Positions 27,198 to 37,871 of a DNA stretch of 64,000 nucleotides are shown here, piece after piece (position 1 is the first letter of the stretch; each line of letters begins with the position of its first letter). This stretch comes from Phormidesmis sp. (GTDB taxonomy: Bacteria > Cyanobacteriota > Cyanobacteriia > Leptolyngbyales > Leptolyngbyaceae). Both the position numbers and the translations under genes were made by a program. The DNA is taken from NCBI GenBank assembly GCA_965248535.1, contig CBDFJR010000005.1, positions 352,001 through 416,000 on the forward strand, read 5' to 3'. The notes under the pieces are model-generated. The model searched no databases. It saw only the letters and a list, made by a program, of their open reading frames with translations, and was not told the origin of the DNA.

Positions 27198-27782
27198 TCA
27201 GAATTTTTCATTATCCGGCGGAGTCGCCCCCGATCCAGGCGTAGCAAGAAAGAGATTTTTGGCGTTGTCGCTCTGATAGACACAATCAATTTTAGGATTG
27301 CTCTCCAACGCCCCGACATAGCCAAACGTATTCATCCGTTGACGGCACTCACGAGTCTGGTCAGGCGTGATCAAATTGCGCTGCTCTAGCACCTGCCAGT
27401 TAGCACTCCGCAGCACACACCCCGGTTGGGTGCTGGCTTGAGCCACATAGACCTTAAACGGATTAAGCGTCACAAAAAAGCGGGTCTCTAGCGCGATCGC
27501 GCTGGCCCCATTTTGAATGCAGATTTCTGGGTTAGGGGCTTTCGCATCAATTTGCACATTGCTGACCACATTCGTGTCGTTGGTCGAAGCCGTCGAGCTA
27601 AACCCAATGCCTACACCAATGCCCAGAATAAAAATGCCCGCAATGATAAAGAGAGAGGTGTAGTTAAACGGCGTTTTTGGCTTACTCGGCTTGCCTTTGT
27701 CGGGCGGCGTGTAAGCATCCTCATCATCTCTTTCGTAATCGTAGGAATTATTTCGGGGTCTACGTTTCATAGTGGCTTGCAA
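27198..27782 (-). CDS. DUF3172 family protein
   Basis: APNPEICIQNGASA, TLNPF and QPGCVLR motifs. Confidence 0.88.
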   Translation of the reverse strand: MQATMKRRPRNNSYDYERDDEDAYTPPDKGKPSKPKTPFNYTSLFIIAGIFILGIGVGIGFSSTASTNDTNVVSNVQIDAKAPNPEICIQNGASAIALETRFFVTLNPFKVYVAQASTQPGCVLRSANWQVLEQRNLITPDQTRECRQRMNTFGYVGALESNPKIDCVYQSDNAKNLFLATPGSGATPPDNEKF

Positions 27783-27962
27783 ATTGAGAAACTGAGCGAG
27801 AGCAGGCTATCACTCTATCGTCTAACAGTATGACAAATCTCACCCCTCCTTGACTGAGATTTTTGCCTGGGATAGCTGCAAGAACGTCTCATCAGATGAG
27901 CAGAAATCGCGTATCCTAGACTCACCCTTGGGTTATTCTACGCAGACGCAATTCTCTGTCTT

Positions 27963-28592
27963 ATGTCTGAAGCGCTCTTACAAAACCGCGACTACACGAT
28001 CGTCGTTGCCAAAACTGCTGCCAGCCTAGTCAAAACGCCACCGGGATATGAACAGCGATGGTTAGCGGCCCACGATGCCATTCTATCTCTGGCGCAAACT
28101 TGCGAGACCTTTGACCCTGATGGCATCACGGTTTATATGTCGTGCCGAGATCAAGCCGATCTGTTTAAGCAATATAAGCAGGTGTTGCCCAGCCAGGTGA
28201 CCGCGATTTTTGACGCGCACTATCCGCCTGACACGCTCAATCTGCTCACCGTGCTGCAAACGGCACTAGATGACTATTTCACTCGCAAAGCCGCCGCTCA
28301 AACCAAGCTTAACGGCGAAATGATTCTTGTGCTGATTGACGGAGAACCTCAAGATCGGATGGCGATCGCTAAACTGATCATCCACACTACCGTAAAGCTC
28401 GATCGAGATCACGAACTCGGCATTGGCTTTCTTCAGCTAGGCGATGACTTTATCGCCAGAGGGTTTCTTAACGCTTTAGATGAAAACCTCAAGTCGGCAG
28501 GTGCTAAATTTGACATCGTTCACACTCAGACTTTTGCAGAAGTCAGCCCTGACTCTCTGACTAGATTTTTGCTTGACGTGCTGAAGGACTAA
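27963..28592 (+). CDS. vWA-like domain protein with degenerate MIDAS
   Basis: NRDYT, FDPDGITVY, LIDGEP and AKFDIV motifs of cyanobacterial vWA proteins. Confidence 0.8.
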   Translation: MSEALLQNRDYTIVVAKTAASLVKTPPGYEQRWLAAHDAILSLAQTCETFDPDGITVYMSCRDQADLFKQYKQVLPSQVTAIFDAHYPPDTLNLLTVLQTALDDYFTRKAAAQTKLNGEMILVLIDGEPQDRMAIAKLIIHTTVKLDRDHELGIGFLQLGDDFIARGFLNALDENLKSAGAKFDIVHTQTFAEVSPDSLTRFLLDVLKD

Positions 28593-28662
28593 GCGCTGAG
28601 ACTGTCACAACCTGATAAGCTGAAGGCGGAACTGGATACCGCAACTACCGATATAAAACCCT

Positions 28663-29292
28663 ATGGAGTGGCACGCATCAGATGCCCAGAGTCTCGCGAT
28701 TATCGATCGTGAAATTGGCGACCACGCTTTCTCACCCGCAGAATATGAGATTGTGCGTCGGGTGATTTATTCGACGGCAGACTTTGAGTATAAATCTCTG
28801 GTTCGATTCTCAGAGTTGGCGTTGCAGTCGGGGGCCGCCGCCTTAGCCGCCCGCACCACGATCGTGGTCGATGTGCCAATGGTGCAAGTGGGCATCACAA
28901 CTAACATTCAAACCACCTTCGCAAACCCGATCTATTGCAGCATGGAGGCGATTACCCGTCCTCAAAAAGAAAAAACTCGCGCCGCCTGGGGCATCGAAAC
29001 TCTGGCCAGACGCTACCCCGAAGGAATTTTTGTGGTTGGTCAGTCTCAAACCGCTCTCGCTGCCCTCGTCGAACTGATTGAGGCTGAAGAAATCAAGCCT
29101 GCGCTGGTGATTGGCACCCCGTCAGGGTTTGTCGATGTCGATGTGGCTAAAGCTCGCCTCAACGATTCTCTGATTCCCCACATTCGCACCGAGGGGCGGA
29201 AGGGCAGCGCTGTCGTGGCAGCGGCGATCGTCAATGGGTTGGTCGATCTGGCCTGGCAAGCTTATGGGCGTGAAGGCAACGGCGTAGGATAA
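28663..29292 (+). CDS. cobH: Precorrin-8X methylmutase
   Basis: VRRVIYSTADF, IGTPSGFV and GRKGS motifs. Confidence 0.85.
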   Translation: MEWHASDAQSLAIIDREIGDHAFSPAEYEIVRRVIYSTADFEYKSLVRFSELALQSGAAALAARTTIVVDVPMVQVGITTNIQTTFANPIYCSMEAITRPQKEKTRAAWGIETLARRYPEGIFVVGQSQTALAALVELIEAEEIKPALVIGTPSGFVDVDVAKARLNDSLIPHIRTEGRKGSAVVAAAIVNGLVDLAWQAYGREGNGVG

Positions 29293-29418
29293 CGGTTCAG
29301 ACATCAGATTAACCACTGCTAGAGATTTCTAATTGAAGTTCCGCAGTTGAAATTTTTGGATCTCAGGCTGCTGTAGTTAGAATGGGAGAATCAACCTGGC
29401 TTGACCGGAAGGTTTCAC

Positions 29419-29640
29419 ATGGTTTCATCAGAGTTAATCTTGAACTTGAGAGGACTGAGCCGTTCAGACAAGTTTCACATTATACAAATTCTGATCTCGG
29501 AACTAGCCCAGCAAGAAACGGATCTGATTAAACCTGACCAAGCTTACCCAGTCTGGTCGCCCTATGATGCGGTTGAGGCAGCAGATACGATGTTACAGGT
29601 GCTACGTGCTGCCAAGGCTCAAGATCATGCGGGACGGTGA
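29419..29640 (+). CDS. Putative antitoxin-like small protein
   Basis: LSRSDKFHIIQILISELA...YPVWSPYDA; overlaps the next gene. Confidence 0.7.
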   Translation: MVSSELILNLRGLSRSDKFHIIQILISELAQQETDLIKPDQAYPVWSPYDAVEAADTMLQVLRAAKAQDHAGR

Positions 29641-30055
29641 GCGATACCCATTCATTTCTAGTGATGCAACATTGGGCGAGGCTAGTTTTCGCCCGTATTT
29701 ACCACTCACCCTGTTTCACCAACAAGTTTCTGTCACAGCATCTGGACTGCTAGATACTGGAGCAAGTGTCAATGTATTGCCATATTTGACAGGGGTTGAG
29801 CTTGGATACGAATGGGAACGGCAAACAACCGCGCTGAGTTTGACAGGAAACTTGGCCCAGTATGAGGCGCGTGTTGTGCTTGCTCAGGCTGTCGTTGGGC
29901 AGCTTGAGCAAGTGCAACTTGTATTTGCCTGGACACAGGCTACGAACGTACCACTTATCTTGGGACAAGTTAATTTCTTCATGGAGTTTGATGTTTGTTT
30001 TTACCGTTCACAGCTAGAGTTTTCAATCAGCCTCAAAGTTCCTGCCTCAGAGTAG
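29627..30055 (+). CDS. Retropepsin-like aspartyl protease family protein
   Basis: LLDTGA and LILGQ motifs. Confidence 0.8.
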   Translation: MRDGERYPFISSDATLGEASFRPYLPLTLFHQQVSVTASGLLDTGASVNVLPYLTGVELGYEWERQTTALSLTGNLAQYEARVVLAQAVVGQLEQVQLVFAWTQATNVPLILGQVNFFMEFDVCFYRSQLEFSISLKVPASE

Positions 30056-30074
30056 CTTGTTGTTATTGCCAACC

Positions 30075-30162
30075 ATCTAACACTGCGTTGGTGCGAACGA
30101 GACAGAAAGGTTATCGGTAGGAGTTTGAGGCTGTTTGTCGCCGCATAACTTCACCGATGTGT
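30075..30162 (+). other. Solo attC-like site (degenerate)
   Basis: ATCTAAC-ACTGC-GTTGGTGCG ... CGCATAAC-TTCACC-GATGTGT, 88 bp; the central part resembles sites A and B. Confidence 0.65.
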
Positions 30163-30227
30163 GACTTTCATAAAACCGCTCAGAACTGACTCTCACCCTA
30201 GAACCAGAGATTTCTTGAGAGCTAGTA

Positions 30228-31046
30228 TTAATTATCAAAACTGCGGCGGCCCGATCGTCGCCCTGAGTTTTTGCGCGGACGGCGGTTTCTAGAGCCACTA
30301 TTCCGAGTGCGACTCGAATTTTTGCGCGTGGGCTTGGGTTCGTCATGCTCAATGCGGCGGCGAGGCTGATCGTCATCGTCAGAGCGATCGTCAAAATCAG
30401 GGTCTGCGTCTAATCGACGACTCACTGACTCAAACTCATCGCGCCGCAGATAGGGATAGTCGCTCACCCACACGCCGCACCGAGGCACAAAAATATCCGT
30501 GACTTTGGCAATGCGGCTCAGGTCAGAGCGATTGGAGAGCACCACCATTTCGGCAGTGTCACCGGGGGCGATCGCTTGATGTTCTCGCTTGATCGGCACC
30601 TGTAGCTCGGTCATAAACCCAGATTCGTCTTCGACCACTAGATTCAACTTGCGCTCTCGGTTTTCGACCACGACTAGCTCGCCGCGATCGTTGACCGTTT
30701 CTTCTTTGCCGACTACCTCATCTGAAACGTAGACATCCATGACCTCGCCGCGCAAAAAGCCTGCATATTTATAGCGGCGATATTCAATGTTTTTCAACCC
30801 TGCCTGCATCACGGGTCGCCACAGACAATAGACGAGGGCAAACAACCCCAAAAAGAAGCGCAGCCCGCGCAGCTCTTCGATCGGCAGCAGCCAACTCACC
30901 AGCAAAATCACCGCCAGCGCCGAAATCGAGATCAGCACTCGCAGCAAAAAATCTGAAAAGCTGCCCCAAAAGTAGGCATATTGGGCACCCGTCCCCACCG
31001 CAGGGATCAACTGTTCTAGCTTTTTGCGACTGAGAGGAATTAGCAT
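30228..31046 (-). CDS. Conserved cyanobacterial membrane protein
   Basis: MLIPLSRKKLEQLIP start, two TMs, WVSDYPYLRRD, Arg-rich tail. Confidence 0.8.
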   Translation of the reverse strand: MLIPLSRKKLEQLIPAVGTGAQYAYFWGSFSDFLLRVLISISALAVILLVSWLLPIEELRGLRFFLGLFALVYCLWRPVMQAGLKNIEYRRYKYAGFLRGEVMDVYVSDEVVGKEETVNDRGELVVVENRERKLNLVVEDESGFMTELQVPIKREHQAIAPGDTAEMVVLSNRSDLSRIAKVTDIFVPRCGVWVSDYPYLRRDEFESVSRRLDADPDFDDRSDDDDQPRRRIEHDEPKPTRKNSSRTRNSGSRNRRPRKNSGRRSGRRSFDN

Positions 31047-31375
31047 CGGGCGGACTCAAAAAACCAGTCTGGCTCACCTAGCCTAATATGATTTTGGCTC
31101 AGGAAAGTCTAGGATTATCGCCATTCTAGCGGTTCCAGTCTTTTTACGGACGGGTCAAATGCGCTAGATCACCCGTGATCAGGGAGATCCTACGGATTCT
31201 TTCTCGATCGTCCAGAATTTGTGTACTAAAACTTGAGTACTTCTCGTGAGGGGGGATGGAAATCTATATTCCACAATGAGGACAAGTCAGAGGAACGTAG
31301 TTCGGAAAGGCTAGACAACTAGGGGGCAACTAAGTTTGTTTAGAAATTTTCGGTTCAACGCGTTCTTCAGATGAA

Positions 31376-31417
31376 CTGCCTGACTCCGGGGGCTTTTAGG
31401 GGTCAGGCAATTTTTTG
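31376..31417 (+). terminator. Intrinsic terminator (T-run on + strand)
   Basis: TGCCTGACTCC...GGGGTCAGGCA followed by ATTTTTTG. Confidence 0.7.
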
Positions 31418-31418
31418 T

Positions 31419-32240
31419 TTAAATGAGTTTCTCTAACCCATAGACCAGGCTTTTGAGAGAGAGCACCTTGCGAATGGAAAGCAAGACCCCAGGCATATAG
31501 CAGGCGCGATCGCTGGTGTCGTGCCGCAGACTATAAATCTGTCCAGGGGCACCAAACATCACTTCTTGGTGGGCGATCAGTCCCGGTAGTCGAATGCTGT
31601 GAATCCGAATCCCTTCAGCCGCTTGTCCGCCTCGCGCTCCCGGAATTTTCTCGGTTTCTTCAACCATGGGTGCATTAAAAGTTTTGCCTAACTCTGCCAA
31701 CATCTGGGCCGTCTGAACGGCCGTCCCGCTGGGAGCGTCGGCTTTTTGATTGTGATGTAGCTCAATAATTTCGACGTGCTCAAAATATTGAGAGGCCTGA
31801 ATCGCCGCTTGCTGCAACAGCACCATGCCGATCGAGAAGTTAGGAATAATCAAACATCCCGTGCTGGCTTTGTCGGCAAAGATTTCTAGCTCGTGAATTT
31901 GACCAGCACTTAACCCGGTTGTACCGACGACGGGGCGAACTCCGTAAGCGATCGCCGATCGCACATTCCCATAAACTGAATCTGGATGCGTCACATCGAC
32001 CACAACGCCCAATTCTTTCTCTTGAGACAGCATCGCCATCATCGACTCATAATCATTGGTGATCGGCACTTCTAGCGCGCCGCAGCCAATCACCTCGCCA
32101 ATATCTAGCCCGTTTAGTTCGGGGTTTCTCGCCACGGCTCCGATCAGCGTCATGTCACTCGCCTGAGACACCGCCTTGACAATTTCTCGCCCCATTTTGC
32201 CCGTGGCACCGTTGACCACAACCGGAATCTGACTCGCCAT
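31419..32240 (-). CDS. dapB: 4-hydroxy-tetrahydrodipicolinate reductase
   Basis: GATGKMG, VVGTTG and [15 protein letters not shown] motifs. Confidence 0.97.
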   Translation of the reverse strand: MASQIPVVVNGATGKMGREIVKAVSQASDMTLIGAVARNPELNGLDIGEVIGCGALEVPITNDYESMMAMLSQEKELGVVVDVTHPDSVYGNVRSAIAYGVRPVVGTTGLSAGQIHELEIFADKASTGCLIIPNFSIGMVLLQQAAIQASQYFEHVEIIELHHNQKADAPSGTAVQTAQMLAELGKTFNAPMVEETEKIPGARGGQAAEGIRIHSIRLPGLIAHQEVMFGAPGQIYSLRHDTSDRACYMPGVLLSIRKVLSLKSLVYGLEKLI

Positions 32241-32412
32241 AATTGAGACCCGTTTTGAATGACCTAGAGGCATTTTAGGATCAAGCGATCGGGTTTCGCT
32301 CGGTTCTCTCTGAGATTCCTTTTTAACGATTGAAGTCCGCTCCATTCATGACGCAGGGTGGTTTACAATTAAATGCGCTGATTAAAACTTCTTTAATTTT
32401 GCAGGTAATCTC

Positions 32413-33513
32413 GTGACTTTTACGACAGAAGCTACTTCCCAGAATGGACGCTCTACCGTGTCGCCCGCTCTTCGTCGCCGTGCGGTCTTTCCCTTTACGG
32501 CGATCGTTGGTCAAGAAGAAATGAAGCTGGCATTGCTGCTCAATGTCATTGACCCCAAGATCGGCGGGGTGATGATTATGGGCGATCGGGGCACTGGCAA
32601 ATCGACGACCATTCGGGCATTGGCTGACCTGCTGCCAGAAATCGAAGTCGTTGCCGATGACCCGTTTAACAGCCACCCCAGTGACCCCGAAATCATGGGC
32701 GATGCTGTGCGGCAACTCGTCGAGAAGGGCGCAGAAGTCCCGGTGACGAAGAAAAAAGTGATGATGGTCGATCTGCCCCTTGGAGCCACCGAAGATCGGG
32801 TTTGCGGCACGATCGACATTGAGAAAGCCCTCTCTGAAGGTGTGAAAGCCTTTGAGCCAGGGTTATTAGCGAAGGCAAATCGCGGCATTCTCTACGTGGA
32901 TGAGGTCAACCTCTTAGACGATCACCTAGTGGATGTGCTGCTCGACTCTGCCGCCTCAGGGTGGAACACGGTTGAGCGAGAAGGCATTTCCATTCGGCAC
33001 CCGGCGCGATTTGTGTTGGTCGGATCTGGCAACCCCGAAGAAGGAGAACTGCGCCCCCAATTGCTCGATCGCTTTGGGATGCACGCTGAGATTCGCACAG
33101 TGAAAGAACCCGTGCTGAGAGTTCAAATCGTCGAGCAGCGAACCGAGTTTGACCAAGATTCTCAAACCTTTTTAGAGACCTATGAGCCGCAGCAAGTTGA
33201 GCTTCAAGCGCAGTTGGTCGAGGCTCAAGAGCGATTGAAAGCGATCGAGATTGACTATGATCTGCGGGTCAAAATCTCTCAAGTCTGCTCAGATCTAGAT
33301 GTGGATGGGTTGCGCGGCGATATTGTCACCAATCGAGCCGCTAAAGCGATCGCCGCCTTTGAAGGTCGCACCGAGGTCACCGTCAACGATATTCGTCGGG
33401 TGGCCACGCTCTGCCTGCGTCACCGTTTGCGAAAAGACCCAATGGAATCGATCGATTCTGGTTATAAAGTCGAGAAAGTGTTTAATCAAGTGTTTGGGCT
33501 TGAAAATGCTTAA
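32413..33513 (+). CDS. chlI: Magnesium chelatase ATPase subunit I
   Basis: [25 protein letters not shown] and LYVDEVNLL motifs. Confidence 0.97.
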   Translation: MTFTTEATSQNGRSTVSPALRRRAVFPFTAIVGQEEMKLALLLNVIDPKIGGVMIMGDRGTGKSTTIRALADLLPEIEVVADDPFNSHPSDPEIMGDAVRQLVEKGAEVPVTKKKVMMVDLPLGATEDRVCGTIDIEKALSEGVKAFEPGLLAKANRGILYVDEVNLLDDHLVDVLLDSAASGWNTVEREGISIRHPARFVLVGSGNPEEGELRPQLLDRFGMHAEIRTVKEPVLRVQIVEQRTEFDQDSQTFLETYEPQQVELQAQLVEAQERLKAIEIDYDLRVKISQVCSDLDVDGLRGDIVTNRAAKAIAAFEGRTEVTVNDIRRVATLCLRHRLRKDPMESIDSGYKVEKVFNQVFGLENA

Positions 33514-33659
33514 AGAAGTGTTTGCAAACAATAGCTGAAGACCCCTTAGTCTCTGCTATCTGAGGGTTTTAAGCTCTTGTCTCATCTACACTTAAGGTGC
33601 CCTTAGTTCAGTCCTAGCAAGAGATTACGTTTATTTACAAACAGTTTCTCAAACGCAAT

Positions 33660-34040
33660 ATGACCATCAATCAACCCGATCGGCTCGATCGCATTGAAGC
33701 AATTCTGGCAAATCTAGCCAGCCGAGACGCAACCATTGAGCAGCGCTTTGAGCGATACCAAGAAGCCGCACAACAGCGCTTTGAGCGAGAGCAAGAAGTT
33801 GTCCGACAGCGCTTTGAGCGAGAGCAAGAGGTTGTCCGACAGCGCTTTGAGGAACTTGATCGACGACAAGACATCACTCAGCGACAAATAGACGTATTGC
33901 TAGCGCTGCATGACGAGACGAGTGAGAGGCTCGATCGACAAGATAGACAATTAGACCTCGATCGGGCTGAGTTTCGCTCAACTGTGCGCGATATTCTCAG
34001 TCACTTGCAGACTCGATATAGCGACAATGGTGACGGCTGA
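33660..34040 (+). CDS. Coiled-coil hypothetical protein with 11-aa repeats
   Basis: DRLDRIEAIL start; CAGCGCTTTGAG recurs at 33741, 33774, 33807 and 33840. Confidence 0.7.
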   Translation: MTINQPDRLDRIEAILANLASRDATIEQRFERYQEAAQQRFEREQEVVRQRFEREQEVVRQRFEELDRRQDITQRQIDVLLALHDETSERLDRQDRQLDLDRAEFRSTVRDILSHLQTRYSDNGDG

Positions 34041-34082
34041 CCTTCACAGGCGGGACAGAATCGAAGACCCTTTCTAACTGTT

Positions 34083-35027
34083 TCAACCATCTTCTAACGA
34101 AGACAGCGCAAACTTTGACGGGGACTGATCAATCTTTGCGGCTGTAGACAGTTTTTGCAAAAACTCCTGCGCCATCGCTGCAAACGCTTTTGCCCCGGCT
34201 GTGCTTGGGTTTGCCAGCACAACAGGCGTGAAGGTATCCACTGCTTTAGACACATTTACGTCCGGCGGAATTCTCGTTTTAAACAGTTTGGCTTCACTAA
34301 AATCTTCGTTTAGCCGTCGCATCACTTGCCCATAATAGCGACTCGAAAACACATTTCCAGACAGCGAAAACGCAATGCCTAACAGATTAGGAGTGAGCGG
34401 AGTATCGGCTTTATGGGTCTCTTTTAGTTTGGCAATCCGCCGTTCTAATAGCTGAATTCCGATTAAAGAGAGCGGCTCAGGTTTAGCGGGAATGAGATAG
34501 AAATCGCTGGCAAGCAGAGCACTGCGCGTAATTAAATTATAGCCAGGAGCGCAGTCTAAAATGATCAGATCATAATCTTTGCTAACGGGCTGCAAAACAC
34601 TTTTAATCAAGGTTTTCTCAAAGTTATTCCAAACTTGCTCAAAGTTTGTCTGACCCTGGCGAGTGGCAGTTTGGTGGAGCATTTCTGAGACCATAAACTC
34701 GTCGTAGAGATCGATATCTCCGGGTAACAAATCTAACCCTTTGACGTTGCAAACATACGATCGGATCGCTTCTGAAACAGTGGTTGAAAGCTGTTTATCT
34801 GAGAGAATCGATCGCTTAATTAAATGCCGGAGCGTCCGTCTTTCGGTTCTAATTTTGGCGAAGTCTGCGGGAGTCATCAGACTGAGAGTGGCACTGATTT
34901 GAGTATCGAGATCCACAATTAAGACTTTTTTGCCGTGATTTTTAGCGAGGCACGTTGCAAGGTTCACGGTGAGAGTCGTTTTACCGACTCCGCCCTTCAT
35001 GTTTGCGGTTGCAATGATAAATGCCAT
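34083..35027 (-). CDS. ParA family ATPase
   Basis: KGGVGKTT deviant Walker A, DLDTQ, ILDCAPG. Confidence 0.93.
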   Translation of the reverse strand: MAFIIATANMKGGVGKTTLTVNLATCLAKNHGKKVLIVDLDTQISATLSLMTPADFAKIRTERRTLRHLIKRSILSDKQLSTTVSEAIRSYVCNVKGLDLLPGDIDLYDEFMVSEMLHQTATRQGQTNFEQVWNNFEKTLIKSVLQPVSKDYDLIILDCAPGYNLITRSALLASDFYLIPAKPEPLSLIGIQLLERRIAKLKETHKADTPLTPNLLGIAFSLSGNVFSSRYYGQVMRRLNEDFSEAKLFKTRIPPDVNVSKAVDTFTPVVLANPSTAGAKAFAAMAQEFLQKLSTAAKIDQSPSKFALSSLEDG

Positions 35028-35289
35028 ACACGATATCCTCTCGGTGACGACTGTGAGCCGCAGACTGAATTAGGCACTTCATGATACTACTTTGCACTCG
35101 CAGTCATAACTTTTGTCTAAGCGAAATTCTTTCAGTAGATAAATCGAATGATGATGGCTAACCCAATCACCCAACTCGACCCAAATACTAGTTGATTGAC
35201 GCGACGCTCACTGCATAGGGCGTATACCCCTATCTGAATGAATTTCCTCAGCCCGCGAATTTGATAAATGCAGCTAAACATTTAACAGA

Positions 35290-35325
35290 CAAATTTCACT
35301 TCCTTTTCAAATTTCACTTCCTTTT
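35290..35325. repeat. 18 bp perfect tandem duplication in a promoter region
   Basis: CAAATTTCACTTCCTTTT twice. Confidence 0.8.
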
Positions 35326-35465
35326 ATAAACTTCTGGAGTGAGATAACGGTCACAAAGATTGATGGAACTAAAACTGTGTTCTAATATTCAACTAGTCAA
35401 ATGGTCTTCCTCAATCGTTTTTTCATTCCTGACTCTTTTTATACAATCAAGATAGGCACTAAATA

Positions 35466-37871
35466 ATGGCTGCTCTGGACACATTAATTTCCTTGCCATC
35501 AAGTCAGGCTGCCCTGACGACTCGTCCCGTTACCCCCGGTTTAGCGGTTGACCCCTTTACCGGAAGCGATGTTCAGGTTAAACCCTGGATCTCTGGTTCG
35601 AGTGGCTCCGATGTCCTCGGTTTGACCGCACGGGGGACGACAGCACCCTCTACCAATGGCTTGCCAGGGTTTGCAACGGCGATAGACCCCGATGGTCAAG
35701 GTGCCCTGAGGCTAACGGCAACGGGTGCAAGCCAGTCCTCTTTTGCCATCTTCAACCAGGCGATCGACTCCACGCTGGGTCTTTCCATTACTTTCGACTT
35801 TTTCTCTTACGGGGGCAGTGGTGCCGATGGCATTAGCTTCTTTCTCATTGATGGCAGTGCATCACCGAGCGCCCCAGGTGCTTTTGGAGGAGCGCTTGGC
35901 TACGCTGCTCGCGGAGCCGCGAGTGGGCTGCAAGGGGGCTATCTAGGCATTGGCTTCGACGAGTTTGGAAACTTCTCTAGCACGACAGATAATTCACCCG
36001 GAGGCATCAGTTCAGCCCCAACCCCTGATTCGATCGCCGTCCGGGGCAGCCAAGCCAACGCTTACAAGTACCTAACGGGCACTGCTACACTGCCGACCAG
36101 TCTGGATCTGCCAGGGGCTTTAGCAACTCGCACCGCCGCCCGCCGCACTGCCCGAATTGACCTATCACCCACTGGCAATCTCAACGTTCAGATCGACCTG
36201 AACGCGGATGGAGACTTTCTAGACGCAGGTGAAACGCCAGCCGCCCTTCAAAACTATGATGTGGTTGCCAACAATGGGGCGCTTCCAGCCAACTTTAAGT
36301 TCGGCTTTGCTGGTTCTACGGGAGCGTCTACCAACATTCACGAAATTCGTGGACTGTCGATCGGTGCCAGTGGGCAACTCATTGATGGAATTGCTCCAGC
36401 AAGCTTTACTACGTTCCAGCCGCCAACCATTTTGGCTCCCAATCTGACGCTTAATCCGACGACTGGAAACCTGACCGCCACAACGGTTTTCATCACCAAT
36501 TTTAAGCCGGGTCAAGACATTTTAGGCGTTCTAGGGCAACCCACCACCGCGACAAGCGGCACGATCGGCAACCTGAATTGGACTTTCAACTCCGCGACCG
36601 GAGAACTGGGTCTTGATGGCCCTGGAACCGCCGCTGAGTATCAGGCAGCTCTGCGCCAAATCACCTATCGCAACAGTAGTAACACCCCAGACACAACAAC
36701 CCGCAACATAGCGATTCGACTAGACAGCCTACCGGGTGGCCCGCAGAGAGAGGAGCCTTTGCAGGTGACGATCGCTGCGGCTCCTCCCCGTCAGCCAGAT
36801 ATTCTATTGCGTGATTCTGCGAGTAATGCTGTCGTGGCTTGGTATCTGCAAGGTTCGACTCTAGTACAAGGCAATCAGGTGGTGCCTTTCCTCGCGCCTG
36901 CTTGGGCGATCGTCGATTCTAAAGATTTCAATGCCGATGGTCGAGCTGATGTGTTGCTTCGCAACGACTCTTCGGGTGAAATCGTCATCTGGTACATGGG
37001 TGACAACGGAACGATCCTGCCAGGTTCGGGCTATATTACCACTCCGGGTACGCCTGGGTCGCAGGTGGGCAACAGTGCCGCTGCGTTGAAGCTTCGCGAT
37101 GGCTGGCAACTGGTTGGCGCGGCTAACGTCGATGGTGATGCCGAACTGGAGCTTGTTTGGCAAAACCGCAGCACCGATGAATATGGTTTCTGGAATATCA
37201 ATACCACCAACAACAACTTCGTCAGTGCTGACTTTTTCCGTGACAGCATCGGGGGCATTCTTAAAACTCGGAGCACCAACGGTTGGGAAATTGTTGGTTT
37301 AGCGGACTTTAATAAGACAGGACGTGCTGATGTGCTGTTGCGCTATGCGGCTTTGGATCAGACGGCTTACTGGCAATTTAACGTTGATGCGGTGACCAAT
37401 CAAGTGCGCTTGGCAACAGCGGCACTCTTGCCGACAACGGGTAACATAGACAATACGCTGAGGGTGCGAGCGATCGCAGACTTCACAGGAGATGGTCGCC
37501 CTGACATTCTCTGGCGCAGAACCGATGCCGATGTGACTATTCTCTGGACGATTGGATTGAATGCCACAACCAATCTACTGACTGCCACACCTAGCACGCT
37601 CCCTGCTGCTGGCAGCGTCAGTTGGACGATCGGGGGGGCAGATGATTTTGTCGGTGTCGGTCTGACTCAACCGGATGGCACGGCAGATATTGTCTGGCGC
37701 AACCCAGACTCTGACCAGATTGTGATTTGGTCGATTAAGAACGGTCAACTAGACGTTGCTAATTCAGATCTAGTTAGGGGTAAGAGCGGCTCTATAGCTC
37801 GAACGGGTCTTTCCACCTGGAACATTGAGGAAGTCAATCAGTTTGGCGTAGGCACAGACATTAGTCTTTAA
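35466..37871 (+). CDS. Surface protein with L-type lectin-like domain and FG-GAP/VCBS repeats
   Basis: GADGISFF, GIGFDEFGN, FGFAGSTG...HEI, and repeated DFNxDGxxDILWR. Confidence 0.85.
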   Translation: MAALDTLISLPSSQAALTTRPVTPGLAVDPFTGSDVQVKPWISGSSGSDVLGLTARGTTAPSTNGLPGFATAIDPDGQGALRLTATGASQSSFAIFNQAIDSTLGLSITFDFFSYGGSGADGISFFLIDGSASPSAPGAFGGALGYAARGAASGLQGGYLGIGFDEFGNFSSTTDNSPGGISSAPTPDSIAVRGSQANAYKYLTGTATLPTSLDLPGALATRTAARRTARIDLSPTGNLNVQIDLNADGDFLDAGETPAALQNYDVVANNGALPANFKFGFAGSTGASTNIHEIRGLSIGASGQLIDGIAPASFTTFQPPTILAPNLTLNPTTGNLTATTVFITNFKPGQDILGVLGQPTTATSGTIGNLNWTFNSATGELGLDGPGTAAEYQAALRQITYRNSSNTPDTTTRNIAIRLDSLPGGPQREEPLQVTIAAAPPRQPDILLRDSASNAVVAWYLQGSTLVQGNQVVPFLAPAWAIVDSKDFNADGRADVLLRNDSSGEIVIWYMGDNGTILPGSGYITTPGTPGSQVGNSAAALKLRDGWQLVGAANVDGDAELELVWQNRSTDEYGFWNINTTNNNFVSADFFRDSIGGILKTRSTNGWEIVGLADFNKTGRADVLLRYAALDQTAYWQFNVDAVTNQVRLATAALLPTTGNIDNTLRVRAIADFTGDGRPDILWRRTDADVTILWTIGLNATTNLLTATPSTLPAAGSVSWTIGGADDFVGVGLTQPDGTADIVWRNPDSDQIVIWSIKNGQLDVANSDLVRGKSGSIARTGLSTWNIEEVNQFGVGTDISL

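Noticed and set aside
34083..35027. ParA as evidence of an integrated plasmid
   Set aside because: No parB, rep or integrase nearby; it sits among HIP1-rich core genes.
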